Source: Neocallimastix sp. 'constans' (lineage: Eukaryota). From it: 64,000 nt of DNA. The notes beneath the pieces were generated by a model that did not search any database, was not told where the DNA came from, and was given only the letters and a program-made list of their open reading frames with translations. Positions 13,801-28,278 of this stretch are shown one piece after another. The translations under genes were made by a program, and so were the position numbers. The stretch covers positions 248,001 through 312,000 of the forward strand of contig JBODTK010000122.1 of NCBI GenBank assembly GCA_050613775.1. Direction: 5' to 3'. How positions within the stretch are numbered: position 1 is the stretch's first letter; each line of letters starts with the position of its first letter.

Positions 13801-14373
13801 TATATTTCATAATTTATTTTTTTTTAAAATATATATATATATATATAATTAATATATATAAATATTATTAATTATTATTATTTAAAATTAATTTATTAAT
13901 TACCATGGGAAAGGATTAGCTAATTCCAATGACCAACATTTTGGTACACCACAATAATTTCCATTTTCAATTGCCCTATTATTTAAAAAAAAAAAAAAAT
14001 ATTAACAAAAATTATTATATATTTCATTAATTTTATCATTTTTATATATTTCATAATTTATTTTTTATAAATTATCATTTTATATTACCAATATGCATTT
14101 TCTTCTTCAGTACCTTGTTCAATATAAGAATGATTTAATCTTTCACAACTATAATTACAGCATATTATATAAAAATAGTTTTTATAATGAAAATAAAATA
14201 AAAATTAGTTATATTTTCATTTAAATTATTAATTCAAATATAATATATATTATAGAATATATATATATTTTTTATTACCAAGGATATCCATATTTTTCTG
14301 ACCAACATTCGCCTTTAACCTTTATACTAAAGGTCATTAAAGCAAATAAAAATCCAATACTCAAACTTTTCAT
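10801..14373 (-). CDS. Secreted PAP-like metallophosphoesterase A: signal peptide, 4 dockerin-like modules, FN3-like PAP N-domain, metallophosphoesterase, PT linker, 2 dockerins, Thr linker, CBM1
   Basis: 9 exons from MKSLSIGFLFALMTFSIKVKG; terminal exon 12835-10801. Motifs GDPQIG, AGDNAD, GNHE, FHHD, NGHDH. Dockerins CWS..YPCC...WG.ENG.WCG. CBM1 CASIWQQCGG...YYYQC. Confidence 0.92.
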
Positions 14374-14912
14374 TTTGTTTATAAATATATTTATTTTCTA
14401 TTTATTAAAATATATATTAATATTTTAAATTTTATTTTAGGTAATAATGTTTCTTAATTTTTTCCTTTTTTAAATACTAAAAATTTAATACTGTTTTAAA
14501 TTTATTTAAATAATTATTTCTTCTTTCTAATACTACTTAAATATTTCTATTACTATATATTTTATTTTATATTATTATTTTATTTTGTTAAAATTTTTAT
14601 ATTATTTTTAATTAATTTATTTATTTTTTTTTTCAATTTTAATTTTAACTATATTTTATTTTATTTTTTTTTATTTGGTTTAATTAATTATATATTTCTT
14701 TATTATTTTAATAACCAAATTTCATATTATTTTTCTTAAAAAAAGAAAATATGTATTTTTTATTTAATTTTTTAAATATATATAAATATATATATATTTA
14801 ATTTTCTATTCTCTTTAAATAATATAAAATAAAATATTTGTTTGTTTAAGCAAAATGTTGAAAAATATTTTCTTTTATATAATTTTTTTTTTATCTATAC
14901 ATCAATAAATAC

Positions 14913-14953
<41 letters not shown>

Positions 14954-17900
14954 TATTAATAAAAAAAATAATATAATGAAATAAACCTTAAGTTTAATTC
15001 ACAATATATTAACTCTAAAATAATTAAATAATTAAAAAGTTTATTTCATTTTTACAAAAAAAAAATCTTACGATTAATAAAAACTAATAGTAAATAAAGT
15101 TTTTGTTGTACTCATTCTAATTAAATATTGTTAATATTAATTACACAATGATAATCCTAAACTTTAATAGAAAATAAATTTTTTTTTTGTACTTCTAATA
15201 TTAAACATTTAAAATTTTGAAATTATATTAATAGAATATAAATAGAATAAAGAATTTTAGCCAAATTTTTATTGAGATATATGTTATATTAATATTAATA
15301 ATATTATTATTATATATAAGAATAGAAATAAATAAGTAAATATTAAATTTTCAATATTATTAAAATTAATATATGAAAACTTAAATTAAATTTATATAGC
15401 ATAGAAAATAAAAAAATTTCATTTTAATTTTTTAATATTTTTTTAAAAAAAAAAAAAAAGTTTCACAATTTAAAACGTTTTATCAATTACTTTAATTATA
15501 TATTGTGGATTTAAATTATAAAAACATTCTATATTATGTTATCACAAAATTTGGAATATTTTAGAAGAAAAAAAAGTATTTAATATTTATTATGAATTTT
15601 ATTTTTATAATTGGATGGAAAAAATAAATAAATAAATAAATTTATTTTTTATATTCTGTTTATTTCAATATCAATTTTTAACAATGCTAAAAAAAAATTC
15701 ATTAAAATATAATAAATAATGGTTTATCCTTTTAATATCAAACTTTAATTTTGTATTTTTATTAAATTTTTATTTTACCTTATTATATTTCATTATATTT
15801 TATTTTATTATACTTTATTATATTTACATATCTTTAATAAAAAAATTTTTTTAAAATATTTATTAATTAATCAAGAGATTATAAAATTTTCAAATATTTA
15901 CAACATATATATATAAATAATTTTTAATAAAGTTATATAAAAAAGATATTATTAACTAATATTTTTTTTATTTTCTTTTTTCTTTCTTTTTTTTTTTTTA
16001 TATTTATTTATATTATTAATGAAATGGATTCATTCTAGTTTAAAATTTTATATACATTATTGAATATTTAATATATGCAATTACTAATATTTATTATTTT
16101 TTTTTAAAATATAAGCAAATAATTTGTTAATTTTATTCTTTAATTATTAATTATTTCTTTAATTATTAATTTTTTTTTTAAACTCCTTTTAAATAACTTA
16201 AAAATATATATATATATCATTCATCTTTTAAGGAAAAATAAAAAAAAATTTATTTATAAATTTTTCTATTTATCTTTTTATTTAATTTATTATTATTATT
16301 AATTTATTATTAATATATAATTAATATATTTAAATTTATTTTCAAATATATTTTCAAATAATGTGATATGTGCATATAGCACATATATTATTTATTCTGT
16401 CAAGAAAAAGGATAGATTTTTAAATTTTATAATACATAAAGTTAATTATGAATATAACTTTATTTAATATAAAATTAGAAATCCTTAAAAATATTTTTAT
16501 GTTGACATTTAATTATACATAATTAAAACATTACACAAAGTTATCCCAGAAAAAGCAAAAAAAGTTTATACAATATATTATTATAAAATGACAGGTTTTA
16601 AGATTACACAATAATAAATATACGTAATACATATAATGATTACTATGTATTTACTAATATTAATAAAACAAAGAAAACAACAATAGCAAAAAAAAAAATT
16701 ATTTATTATAAAAAAGTTATTATTAAATAATATAAAAAGAATTAAATGGTATAATTAATTATAAAATATATAATTATTTATTAAAAGTAATTAATTATAA
16801 ATTAAAATTACTTACATTAAAAAGTTAATGTAAAATGAAAGAATTTTTTTTAAAAAAAAAAATATAAAAAAATTAATATTTTGGCATTAATTTATTTTAG
16901 ATATATATAATTATTATATGTATAACATATATAAATATTATATGTATAAATTGTATATACAAAAAAAGATCTTTTTATATATTACTATTATTATAAATTA
17001 ATGAACTTGATATATGCATATCATAAAAGTTGTGTAATAATTTCTTTTTCTTGGTAATGATAAACTCTGTTCGATAAAGCCCTTTGGGAGTATTTTTATA
17101 TATAAGATATATATATATTCTTTTTTATTTATAGTTTTAAACCTTTGTATTTACTTATCCATAACTCTATAGTTAATGGTACTTTTATGAGAATTTTTAG
17201 TATTTGTAAAATAACTATTATATTAGTTATAATCACTAGATTTGAAATTTTTTTAGTATTCAAAATAGGAAATATTAAAAACTTTATAAAATTAATTATA
17301 TATATATATAAGGTACTTATTTCTAATAATAATAATAATAATAATAATATAAGAAGAAGAATAGTGGTATAACTATAAATATATAAGAAAATATAATATT
17401 AATTATTTAATAAATATGATTAATCATTTTCATATTTTTACGTATATGTGTGATTTATATTTACCATTTAACAGTATCAGTCAGCTATGTCACAAAAGCG
17501 GAATAAATACGCATGTAAAAAGAAAATTTAATTTGTACTAAATTTTTCTTTCTACATTTATTTCATAATTTTTATATTTTTTAAAGTTTTTATTTATATT
17601 ATATAATATATAAGTTTTTATTTATATTATATATTTATAAATTTGAAAATATAATATGATATTAAGAATAACATATTTCATTTCTATTTCTATTTAAGAA
17701 TTATTTATTGATACTATGGGATTGCTATATATGTACAATTTGGATATTGGAACAATTCTGAATCATTATATATTTAATTTATTAAATATATTTATTTCAT
17801 ACTTTATTAATGACAGCTTAAATTGGTTTCATGGTAATATTACTATTATTTTATTTTATTTTTTTTTTTATGTTTTGTTTTGTTTTGTTTCTTTTTTTTT

Positions 17901-18634
17901 TTTTTTGTTGTTTTTTGTTTGTTTGTTTTGATTTTTTTTTTTTTTTGTGATACTGGGACAATTCATGAGTTAACTACTATATTTTTAAATTATTTTATTT
18001 CACCATTACAATTTATAAGTTATATAATGTTTATCATTAAAAAAATATTATAAATTATGTAATAATTATATATTTATAAAATTAAATAAAGTTAAAAAAA
18101 AAAAAAAAAAAAGGATTAATGGCAATAACAAAATATTTATTTATATAAAATTCTATAATTTAAAAATAGATATACTATGGATATAGTTAATTATAATATA
18201 TTATTAATTATCAATAGGAATTAGATTTTTTGATATTAGAAAAAGATATATTATAATAATTTATATTATTGTAGTACATATAAATATTTAAAATAAAAAT
18301 TTTTATATATTATTATAATTAGAAATTATTATGATTGTTGCGTAACACAAAGGTTGTGTAATTTTTTTTTTTCTAATTCTTTTTTAACATAATAAAAATA
18401 ATATAAAACAAAAATAGTTATTATGAATACTTATATGGAGATATTGGTTTACTATTTATATACAATCCGGAATGATGATCGGAACAATAATGAAACAATT
18501 GGAAAAGGTAATACAAATTATTTAATAAGGGCATTACAAATATTAAAATTATATTATTATTAATTTACATTAATAAATAATCAACACAAACTAAAAAAAA
18601 AATACAATACAATAAAATAAAATATAAAATATTA

Positions 18635-18950
18635 ATTATAAAATATAAAATATAAAAGTATAAAACATAAAATATAAAATATAAAATATAAAATATAAAA
18701 TATAAAATATAAAATATAAAATATAAAATATAAAATATAAAATATAAAATATAAAATATAAAATATAAAATATAAAATATAAAATATAAAATATAAAATA
18801 TAAAATATAAAATATAAAATATAAAATATAAAATATAAAATATAAAATATAAAATATAAAATATAAAAATATAAAATATAAAATATAAAATATAAAATAT
18901 AAAATATAAAAATATAAAATATAAAATATAAAATATAAAATATAAAAATT
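18635..18950. repeat. (AAAATAT)n microsatellite
   Basis: Dozens of near-perfect 7-mers. Confidence 0.95.
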
Positions 18951-18969
18951 ATTTTTATTTACATTATAT

Positions 18970-20160
18970 ATATATTATTTTATTTTATTGTTTTATTATA
19001 TTATTTTATTCTATTTTATTTTACTATTATTTTATTTTTATTATTATTTTTTATTTTTATTATTATTTTTTATTTTTATTATTATTTTATTTTTATTATT
19101 ATTTTATTTTTATTATTTTATTTATTTTTATTATTATTTTATTATTATTATTATTTTATTTTTATTATTATTTTATTTTTATAATTATTTTTTATTTTTA
19201 TTATTATTTTTTTTTATTATTATTTTTTATTTTTATTATTATTTTTTTATTATTAATTTATTTTTATTATTTTATTTTATTATTATTTTATTTTTATTAT
19301 TATTTTTTTATTATTATTATTTTATTATTATTTTATTATTTTTTATTTTTATTATTGTTTTTTATTTTTATTATTATTTTATTTTTATTATTATTTTATT
19401 TTTATTATTATTTTATTTTTATTATTATTTTATTTTTATTATTATTTTATTTTTATTATTATTTTATTTTTATAATTAAAATAATTTTTTTTTGTTTTAT
19501 AAAATTTCCTTATTTCTGAAAGTTAATTTATGTATTTTAAATTAAAAGATTATATATATTTTTAAAAAAGAGTAAAAAATAAAATAAAATAAAATAAAAA
19601 ACATTAATATAATTTTTTTTTAAAAAAAAAAAAATAGGTAATAAAAAAACGGTATACGACCGTATTGTAAATAACAATAAATAAAAAAAGCTATATTTCA
19701 TATTATATTATTAAATATAATTATTTTATTTTTATTATTATTTTATTTTTATTATTATTTTATTTTTATTATTATTTTATTTTTATTATTATTTTATTTT
19801 TATTATTATTTTATTTTTATTATTATTTTATTTTTATTATTATTTTATTTTTATTATTATTTTATTTTTATTATTATTTTATTTTTATTATTATTTTATT
19901 TTTATTATTATTTTATTTTTATTATTATTTTATTTTTATTATTATTTAATTTTATTATTATTTTATTTTTAATATTATTTTATTTTTAATATTATTTTAT
20001 TTTTATTATTATTATATTTTTATTATTTTATTTTATTTTATTTATTATTTTATTTTTATTATTATTTTATTTTTATTATTTTATTTTATTTTTATTATTT
20101 TATTTTATTTTTATATTTTATTTTATTTTTATTATTTTATTTCATTATTTTATTTATTAA
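18970..20160. repeat. T-rich low-complexity tandem array (TTTTATTTTTATTATTA-like unit), interrupted near 19480-19720
   Basis: Direct inspection; explains the spurious F/Y/I-rich ORF at 18988. Confidence 0.9.
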
Positions 20161-20474
20161 TTTTTTTAGTATTTTAATTTTTTTTCTTATTGAAATATGA
20201 TTATTTTATATATAAATAGTAAAATTATTAAATATTATTATAGTTATTAGTATCATTATTGATAATAATATTATTTTATTATATAACATATTATCTTGAA
20301 TTTATCCATCAATAAAAAATTCAAATGTAACAATTTTGACATTGAAAATTATTACTAAAAGTTAAAATAATTTTTTTTTTTTATAACATTATTTAGTACT
20401 TCGTCCATTTAATTATAATTTTTTATTTTAAATTAAAATATTATGAATTTATCAATCAATGAAAAATTCAAAAT

Positions 20475-21014
20475 TTAAAAATTTTGACATTGATAATAAT
20501 AATCATTAAGTCTAACGCATTTACCTACAGAACAACATTTTGGACCATTATAATTAATACCATCACATTGATCAAATTCTTTAGCACAATTACTTGGTTC
20601 AGGAGTTTTTGTTATGGTAGTAGTGGTAGTGGTAGTGGTGGTAGTGGTGGTAGTAGAACTAGTAGTAGTAGTTTTTGTAGTGGTTGCTGTTGTTTTCGTA
20701 GTTGTTCTGGTAGTTGTTCTAGTAGTTGTTCTGATAGTAGTAGAAGTAATAGTGGGTATAACTGGTGAATTGTTAGATTTAGGAATACCACACCAATCTC
20801 CATTTTCTATACCCCAATCACCAGATTCATCACTTAATTCTATATGATATGGTTGAATTGAACAACATGGATATCCTTGGCTTAATGACCAACACTATAA
20901 AAATTTTATTAATATAAAAATATATATATATATATATTAATACATATTTAATACATATTTATTTATTATATATATAAAAATATAATATAAATTAACAAAA
21001 AAAAATTAAAATAA

Positions 21015-21057
<43 letters not shown>

Positions 21058-22940
21058 AAATATAAATTTATAAATTTATTAATAATTTTTTTTTTTTTTT
21101 TTAAATATAAAATAATAAATTCATTACTAATTTTTTATTTTATTTTAATTTATTTTATTTATTTTCATTTATTTTTTTTTTTTTTTACCTTTTCTTCAGG
21201 TGTTGAAGTTACAACATTTGTTGTAGTGGTGGTAGTTGTTTTTGTGGTGATGGTAGTGGTGGTTTTTGGAAGTTCTTTAGCAATTTTTTCAAAGATATAA
21301 GTACCATCAGTAACATTAAAAGTATCCACTTCATAGGTTGTAATCCTCATTTGAGTTTTACCATTTTCCTTTTTAAAATCTAAAACACCAAATGTTGAGG
21401 TATAAGTTTGATTGGAGTAGTAAACAAAATCAAATGGATCTATAAGACGATAAAGTTTATTTCCCGTAGAACAATTGGCGGTAAGATAGAGGGTTCCCTT
21501 TGGATCATTATAAACTTTGTTTCTTTCAATTTTATTAAAACTATAGCCATTTTTACTATTTTTATCCGAGGTAACAAAATGGGTAGCAACATAGACATGA
21601 TCATGACCATTAATAACAAGATCAAAATCATACTTATCAAGCATTGGTGTTAACCATTTTCTTAAATCCATGACACGTGGTTCAGTGGAATGACCATAAC
21701 CATTACTATAAATATCATGATGGAATAAGCCAATTCTCCAATCTGTTTCTGGATAGGTAGTAATAGCATTTTCAATAACTTCTCTATACTGTTCCTCCGT
21801 ACTGTAATTGGATTCTAATACAACGATAAGTACGTTATTATATTTAAAGAAATAATTATAGCCAGGAGTTATACTGGATTGAAATCCTTTGATGAAATTA
21901 TCACTTTCAACTTTATAGGAATGTGGAGTATTAAAATGATACCTAAAAGTAGGAGTAAAAGATTCATGATTACCAATAGCAGAAGCAAATGGAACTTTTT
22001 GCATTATCTGTGGAAGTAATAAAGTGGAATATTCTCTTTCCTGTCTTAGGAGATCAATTTTAATATTTTCTTCAGATTTTTTATCATCACCTGGTGACTG
22101 ACCAGAATCAGCATTATCTCCAGCAGATAAAATAAGACTAGGTTCATTAGCAAATTCATAAGAGTTATATATAGTCATGTTCCAATTGAACGCATCATTT
22201 CTAAGACCTTCATCATCTGTAAGGGACTTTTTACCAGAAATAAGATTACGAGATGCACCGATTTGTGGATCACCAAGAAAAACAAATCTGAAATTATCTG
22301 GATCATGAGTTTTAAATTCAATTGGATCTTCCCATTTACCATTTAAGTTTCTTTGGTAGTAATAAATCGAATTACGTTCCAATCCGGTAACAGTAACTTG
22401 ATTACAATAATACTGAACATTTTTTATATTCTTACATACATAACTACTACCGACGAATTCATCTTTTTCTGATAATTTCTTGGATGTACCAAAACGAATA
22501 AGAGAATAATCGCTGGAAGTTGAATACCAACCAAAATTTAATTGAGATTCGTCTTCACCGGCAAAAACAGATAAACGTTCAAAATTGTTAACATCTAACT
22601 CTTTTCCTTCTCCCCATTTTGTTTTGAAATTGTTCCATTGAACTTTAGTTTCACCAAATTTTTCACGATCATTCCATTTTGCGGTACTATTTTTATATGC
22701 ACACCAAATATTATTTGAAAACGTATACCTATTATTTTATTACAATTCCATATACAAAATTAATATTAATAAATAAATAAATAATTAATTAATTAATTAA
22801 TATATATATATGTATATATATGTATATATATGTTAAATTAAAATTATGTTATAATTAACATAATTTGCTTATTTACCAATCTCCTTCTTGGTCAAAATAG
22901 TTTGGTGCTATATAATTATATTTACATAATTTTATACCTA

Positions 22941-22973
<33 letters not shown>

Positions 22974-23188
22974 ATACAATATGTATACATAAAAAATTTA
23001 ATAAAAATTTAAGAAAAAAAAATTTAAAAAAAAAAAGTTCATATTATTGATAATTTTAGAATTAATTATAATTATAATATTTTACCATAAGGATCAGCCC
23101 AACTTGGATTTACAAAATCTATTTCTTGTTCTACTGCAATACCACACCAATTTCCATTTTCCAAACCCCTAATTTATATATATATATA

Positions 23189-23251
<63 letters not shown>

Positions 23252-23893
23252 TGACCATCAGAATCAACAAATTCTATGGAAGGATTATCTCCTACACAAC
23301 TAATAAAATAGTATTCAAAGTTATTAATCAAAATCTATTACATATGTATATATATATTTAAATGTATATATATATATTTAAAAATAAATAATTACCATGG
23401 ATAACCTTTACTGACAGACCAACATTTTTCAATTCCACACCATTGACCGTTTTCCATTCCCCTATATTATAATAATAAATATTCATTTAGTAAAGATAAA
23501 AATAAAAATAAAGTAAAAATGTAATAAAAAAATAAAATTGAATATAAAAAAAAAAATAAAATAAAATAAAATAAAATAAAATAAAATAAAATATAATAAA
23601 GAAATAAAAACAATCCTTTTAGAAATTATACAATACCATTGTCCTTCCGAATCAACACTAACAATTGAAGTATCTTTGTTTGAACAACTAAATATCAAAT
23701 TAATATAAATTAATAGTTTACATTGTTAAAAAAATTTTTTTTCATATAAATCACAAATATATATAAAAAAAAAAAAATTATTAATTATTGAATAATTTAA
23801 TTACCATGGAAAACCTTTCTTGGTTGCCCAGCAGTCAGCTTTTACATATGTTATTAATAATGATAATATAACGCTAATATCTAATTTATTCAT
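20475..23893 (-). CDS. Secreted PAP-like metallophosphoesterase B: signal peptide, 3 dockerin-like modules, catalytic region, 1 dockerin, Thr linker, divergent CBM1
   Basis: Starts MNKLDISVILSLLITYVKA; catalytic exon 22728-21189; extra intron 21188-20895; last exon 20894-20475 (CWSLSQGYPCC...CAKEFDQCDG...YYYQCQNF*). All metal-binding motifs intact. Confidence 0.9.
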
Positions 23894-23902
23894 TTTAAAT
23901 TT

Positions 23903-23936
<34 letters not shown>

Positions 23937-23966
23937 TATTATATATTAGTAATAATTAATTTAAAT

Positions 23967-24008
<42 letters not shown>

Positions 24009-25905
24009 AAATAATATATTATAATATTGATTTTATTAATAATACTTACATTATTTTATTATATTTTATTTTATTTTTAATTATTTTACTTTATTTTATT
24101 ATATTTTATTTTATTTCTATTTTTTATTTTATTTCTATTTTTTATTTTATTTTATTCAATTTCTAGTATTTATTTTATTTTATTTTATTTTATTATTAAA
24201 CTTTAAAAGTTATTAAATTTTAATTTATAAATTTTTTAAAATTTTGAAATTTTGAAATTTCGAAATTTTAAAATTAAATTTCTTTAAAATTTTTTATTTT
24301 TTATTTTATTTCTATATATCTTATTTTATTGTTAAACTTTAATAAAAGTTATTAAATTTTAATTTAGAAATTTTTTTAAAATTTTGAAATTTTGAAATTT
24401 TGAAATTTTGAAATTTTGAAATTAAATTACTTTAAAATTTTTTATTTTTTTATTCTTTTAAATATATATTATTTATAACTTAGAATGTTTATATATAATA
24501 TATAATTATACTAAATATAATGTTTGGATAACTTTTTAAAGTTATATTTTATTATTAATATTATAATATTTATTTTTCTTAATATAATTTTTTTTTTTCA
24601 ATTAAATATTTTATTGCAATGTATATTCTTGATATTTAATTATTTTTCTATTATATTTTCTATATTTATTTAATTTTTTTTTATATATTTTTAATTTTTT
24701 ATTTTTGTTTTTATTGTTATTTCTTAGAATTATTGATTCAATTTCTTTTTATTTTATTAATAATATATTATTAATAAAAAAAAATAGCTATTAAAATTTC
24801 ATTTTTAAAAAGAAATTACAATAATTCAAATTTTGAATTTATTATTTCTTTAACTTTTTAATAAAAAAATTAAATAAATAAATTTAACAAAATTTAAAAA
24901 AAAATTTTTTTAAAATAAAAAAAAAAAGAAAATCTTTATATTTATAGTATAAAAACATTATTCATTACAATAGAAGCTTTTATTTTTAATATTTTTTACT
25001 ATTGTCAATTTTAAAAGAAATATTGTTAAAGGTTAGCTTCAATATATTTTTAATATAGCTTAGAAGGCCCTTTAAAAAATATAATATTAAAATTCACACC
25101 ATTACCATCATTATCAATATTATAAAAAATAAATAATAGAAATGGTTTAATTTTATTAAAACTTATTATTATTATTATTTTTAATTAAAATAATTAATTT
25201 TATTAAAAAGTATATAATTTTAATTATTAAAAAAAATAAATAATTAAAAAAAATAAAATTTTATTTATATTATTATTTAAAAAAGTTATTATAAAAAAAA
25301 TTATACGTATATACATAATACTTAACAATAATTTTATTTTATAATAAATAAAATTATTGTAAAGTATAATATAAAAATATAAATTAAAAATATTTTAAAT
25401 ATTATAAATACATTTGTTTATATTATAAAATTAATATATATATATATAATTGGTATTACTAAACAATATAGTTTATAGTGATATTATTGTCCAATTAAAA
25501 ATATTTAAAAACCTTGTATCCTTATGTTACACCAAACGACATTAAATTTATCAATATATGTTTTATATGAATCTAGAAAATATTTTTTTTTCATTAATTA
25601 AAAAAATAAATAATGAAATATTTATAATATTATTTATATTATTATTTATTATTTATATTATTTATTATTTATTATTTATATAAGTTTTCCTCTTTTTAAT
25701 TTTGTTTTTTGATTATTAATATAGACCTGTCTTTTTTTTTTTTTTTTTTTTTTTTTTAATTAATTATTTTTTTTTTTTTATTTAAATTTATTTATCCCTT
25801 TATTAAATTAAAGTTAAAATAAAATTACTTTCCTTTTCATGTTTCAAAAGTCAAACTAATAATAAAAATATAAAAATATTTATTTTAGTATTGACATATT
25901 TTATC

Positions 25906-25937
<32 letters not shown>

Positions 25938-26878
25938 ATATAAAAAATATATAATTATCTTGTGAATTTTGTTAAAGAATTAAATTTTGTTATTTCAAAT
26001 ATTTTAAGCATAATTGTTAAAAATTTTACTATTTACATTCAATAATAATAATAATATAGTTACATATATTTAATATTTTTCTCAATGTAAAATTATTTTT
26101 ATGAATTTTTTAATTAAATATGATTTAAAAAAAAAAATAAATAAATAAATTATAATAATATTAATAATTTAATTTATCTATTTAAAATATTTAAAATATT
26201 TATTTATTTATTTATTTAAAATATATTTATTTATTTATTTATATTATTTATTTATTTATTTATTTAAAATATTTATTTATTTATTTATTTATAATATTTA
26301 TTTATTTATTTAAAATATTTATTTATTTATTTATAATATTTATTTATTCATTTAATGTTTGATTTACTAAAATGCTTAATTTATTTCTTTATTAGTCATT
26401 TTAATTAACTTTTTTTTTTTTTATTCTAATTATGTTTTAATCATTTTAATTTAATTAAATATTTATTTGTATATATTATTTTTTCCTTTTTTAATTTTAT
26501 TTTATCGGAAATATAAACTTTTTTTTTTTTATTTTTTATTTATTATTATCTTTAAAAAATATATAACTTAGTTGCATTTTTTTTAATATTGTTCTCTTTT
26601 TTAATACATTTTTTATTTATTATTTATTTATTTATTTATGTATTTATACATTTATGTATTATTATTATTATTATTCATTTTTATAATTTTTCTTATCCAT
26701 ATAATGTATTATCTATTTTAAATATCATATGTAAATAATTTCTTTTTTCATATATAAATAATTTCTTTTTACATTATATTAAAAAAAATTAATTTTAAAA
26801 ATATATAGTTTTATATATATAAATATATATATTTTATTTTTATTTTTATTTATTATTAATTATTTTTATTTCCTTTGG

Positions 26879-26972
<94 letters not shown>

Positions 26973-27239
26973 TTTTATTTAATATCATTTCCCTTTTTTA
27001 ATTTATTTTTATATATATCCTGTCATTTTTATTGTCTCTTATTTCCAAATAAAGTAAAAAGTAGATGTATATATTAAATATTAAATGGTAAATATTAATT
27101 AATAAATAAGTTAAAAAAAAAAAAAATATATATATATATATATTATCAAAAAAAAAAAAATAAAAAAAACTATATATATTATTAAAAATAATAATAATAA
27201 TAATAATAATAATGATAATAAGCTAAGATTTTGACCTAC

Positions 27240-27823
27240 TATTTCCGGCATGTCCCTGCAAATGCTTTTTTAACATATATTGAACATGATAGTAGTAGTA
27301 GAATAGAACCTTTATATTCCGGCTATTTCCACTCATGGCTTTGAACTGTACTGAACTGGTATCAGAATGAACAACAGACAGGCTCAAATGAAACCAAGGT
27401 CGGCACATCTATCCTAAGGTGGTTCCGGTCTCTATTATTGACTACCTGGAAATACCATGTGGATCACCCACTTTTGATCATTTTGGGCGTTGTTGCAATC
27501 ATTCAATGTCAAACGTAATTCATTCTTGTTTGAATTCATTCTTCCAAGACATTTACCTGAATCTAATGAGGAGACAATAGACTTGTTTGTTTTAACATAC
27601 TTGATAATTGAAGATGGAACAAATGTATCGCTCATTATAACTGTTCCTTGATCAATATGTCTACTGCGCTCCTCAGACCATCACAACTCCTCCACACCTA
27701 CCTACGCTTTGGTCTGCTAGAGTTATAGGGATATCTCTGAATATACAAGGTTCTATTCTACTATTACTACTACTAACATGTTCAATATGTATGTATGAAA
27801 TTTTGTACGGATACATGCTAGAA

Positions 27824-27826
<3 letters not shown>
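27240..27826. mobile_element. About 590-bp element with imperfect ~90-bp terminal inverted repeats enclosing a ricin-B-like gene fragment
   Basis: 27240-27330 (tatttccggcatgt...attgaacatgatagtagtagtagaatagaacctttatattc) is the approximate reverse complement of 27730-27826; no clear TSD. Confidence 0.7.
27435..27660 (-). pseudogene. Isolated C-terminal fragment of a ricin-B/CBM13-like beta-trefoil domain
   Basis: SSLDSGKCLG...LTLNDCNNAQNDQKW fits the ricin subdomain pattern (S.KCL...L..C....Q.W); no upstream exons seen. Confidence 0.6.
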
Positions 27827-27858
<32 letters not shown>

Positions 27859-28042
27859 AAAAATATTATAAAAAAAATTAATAATGAATAATCAAAATTT
27901 AACAGATGATTTAATTTTTATTAAAATTATTAATACCTAATATATTTTATATTTTGTATTAAAATAATAATAATAATAATAAAGATTTAAATAGTAATAC
28001 TATTAATTATAAATCTTGAGAAATTCAATAAGTGAAATATTC

Positions 28043-28095
<53 letters not shown>

Positions 28096-28278
28096 AAAGT
28101 TAGTATAATAAGATAAAATAATTACTAGTATAAATAATAATTAGAAAAATAAAATATTATCATTATTATTATCGTTATTTTTTTTTTTTTTTTATGATTT
28201 ATGATATATTTTTATATCATAATTTAAATATTTTTTTTTTCATTATTTATGATATATTTTTATATCATATATTAAATA

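Noticed and set aside
18988..19479. 163-aa hydrophobic ORF (and similar ORFs at 6368, 9157, 17716, 34581, 51234, 55570)
   Set aside because: Translations of AT microsatellites or low-complexity DNA
16365..28275. Short palindromes (atatgtgc..gcacatat near 16367; acggt..accgt near 19649; atgatata..tatatcat at 28201 and 28249)
   Set aside because: Too short to exceed chance in such AT-rich DNA
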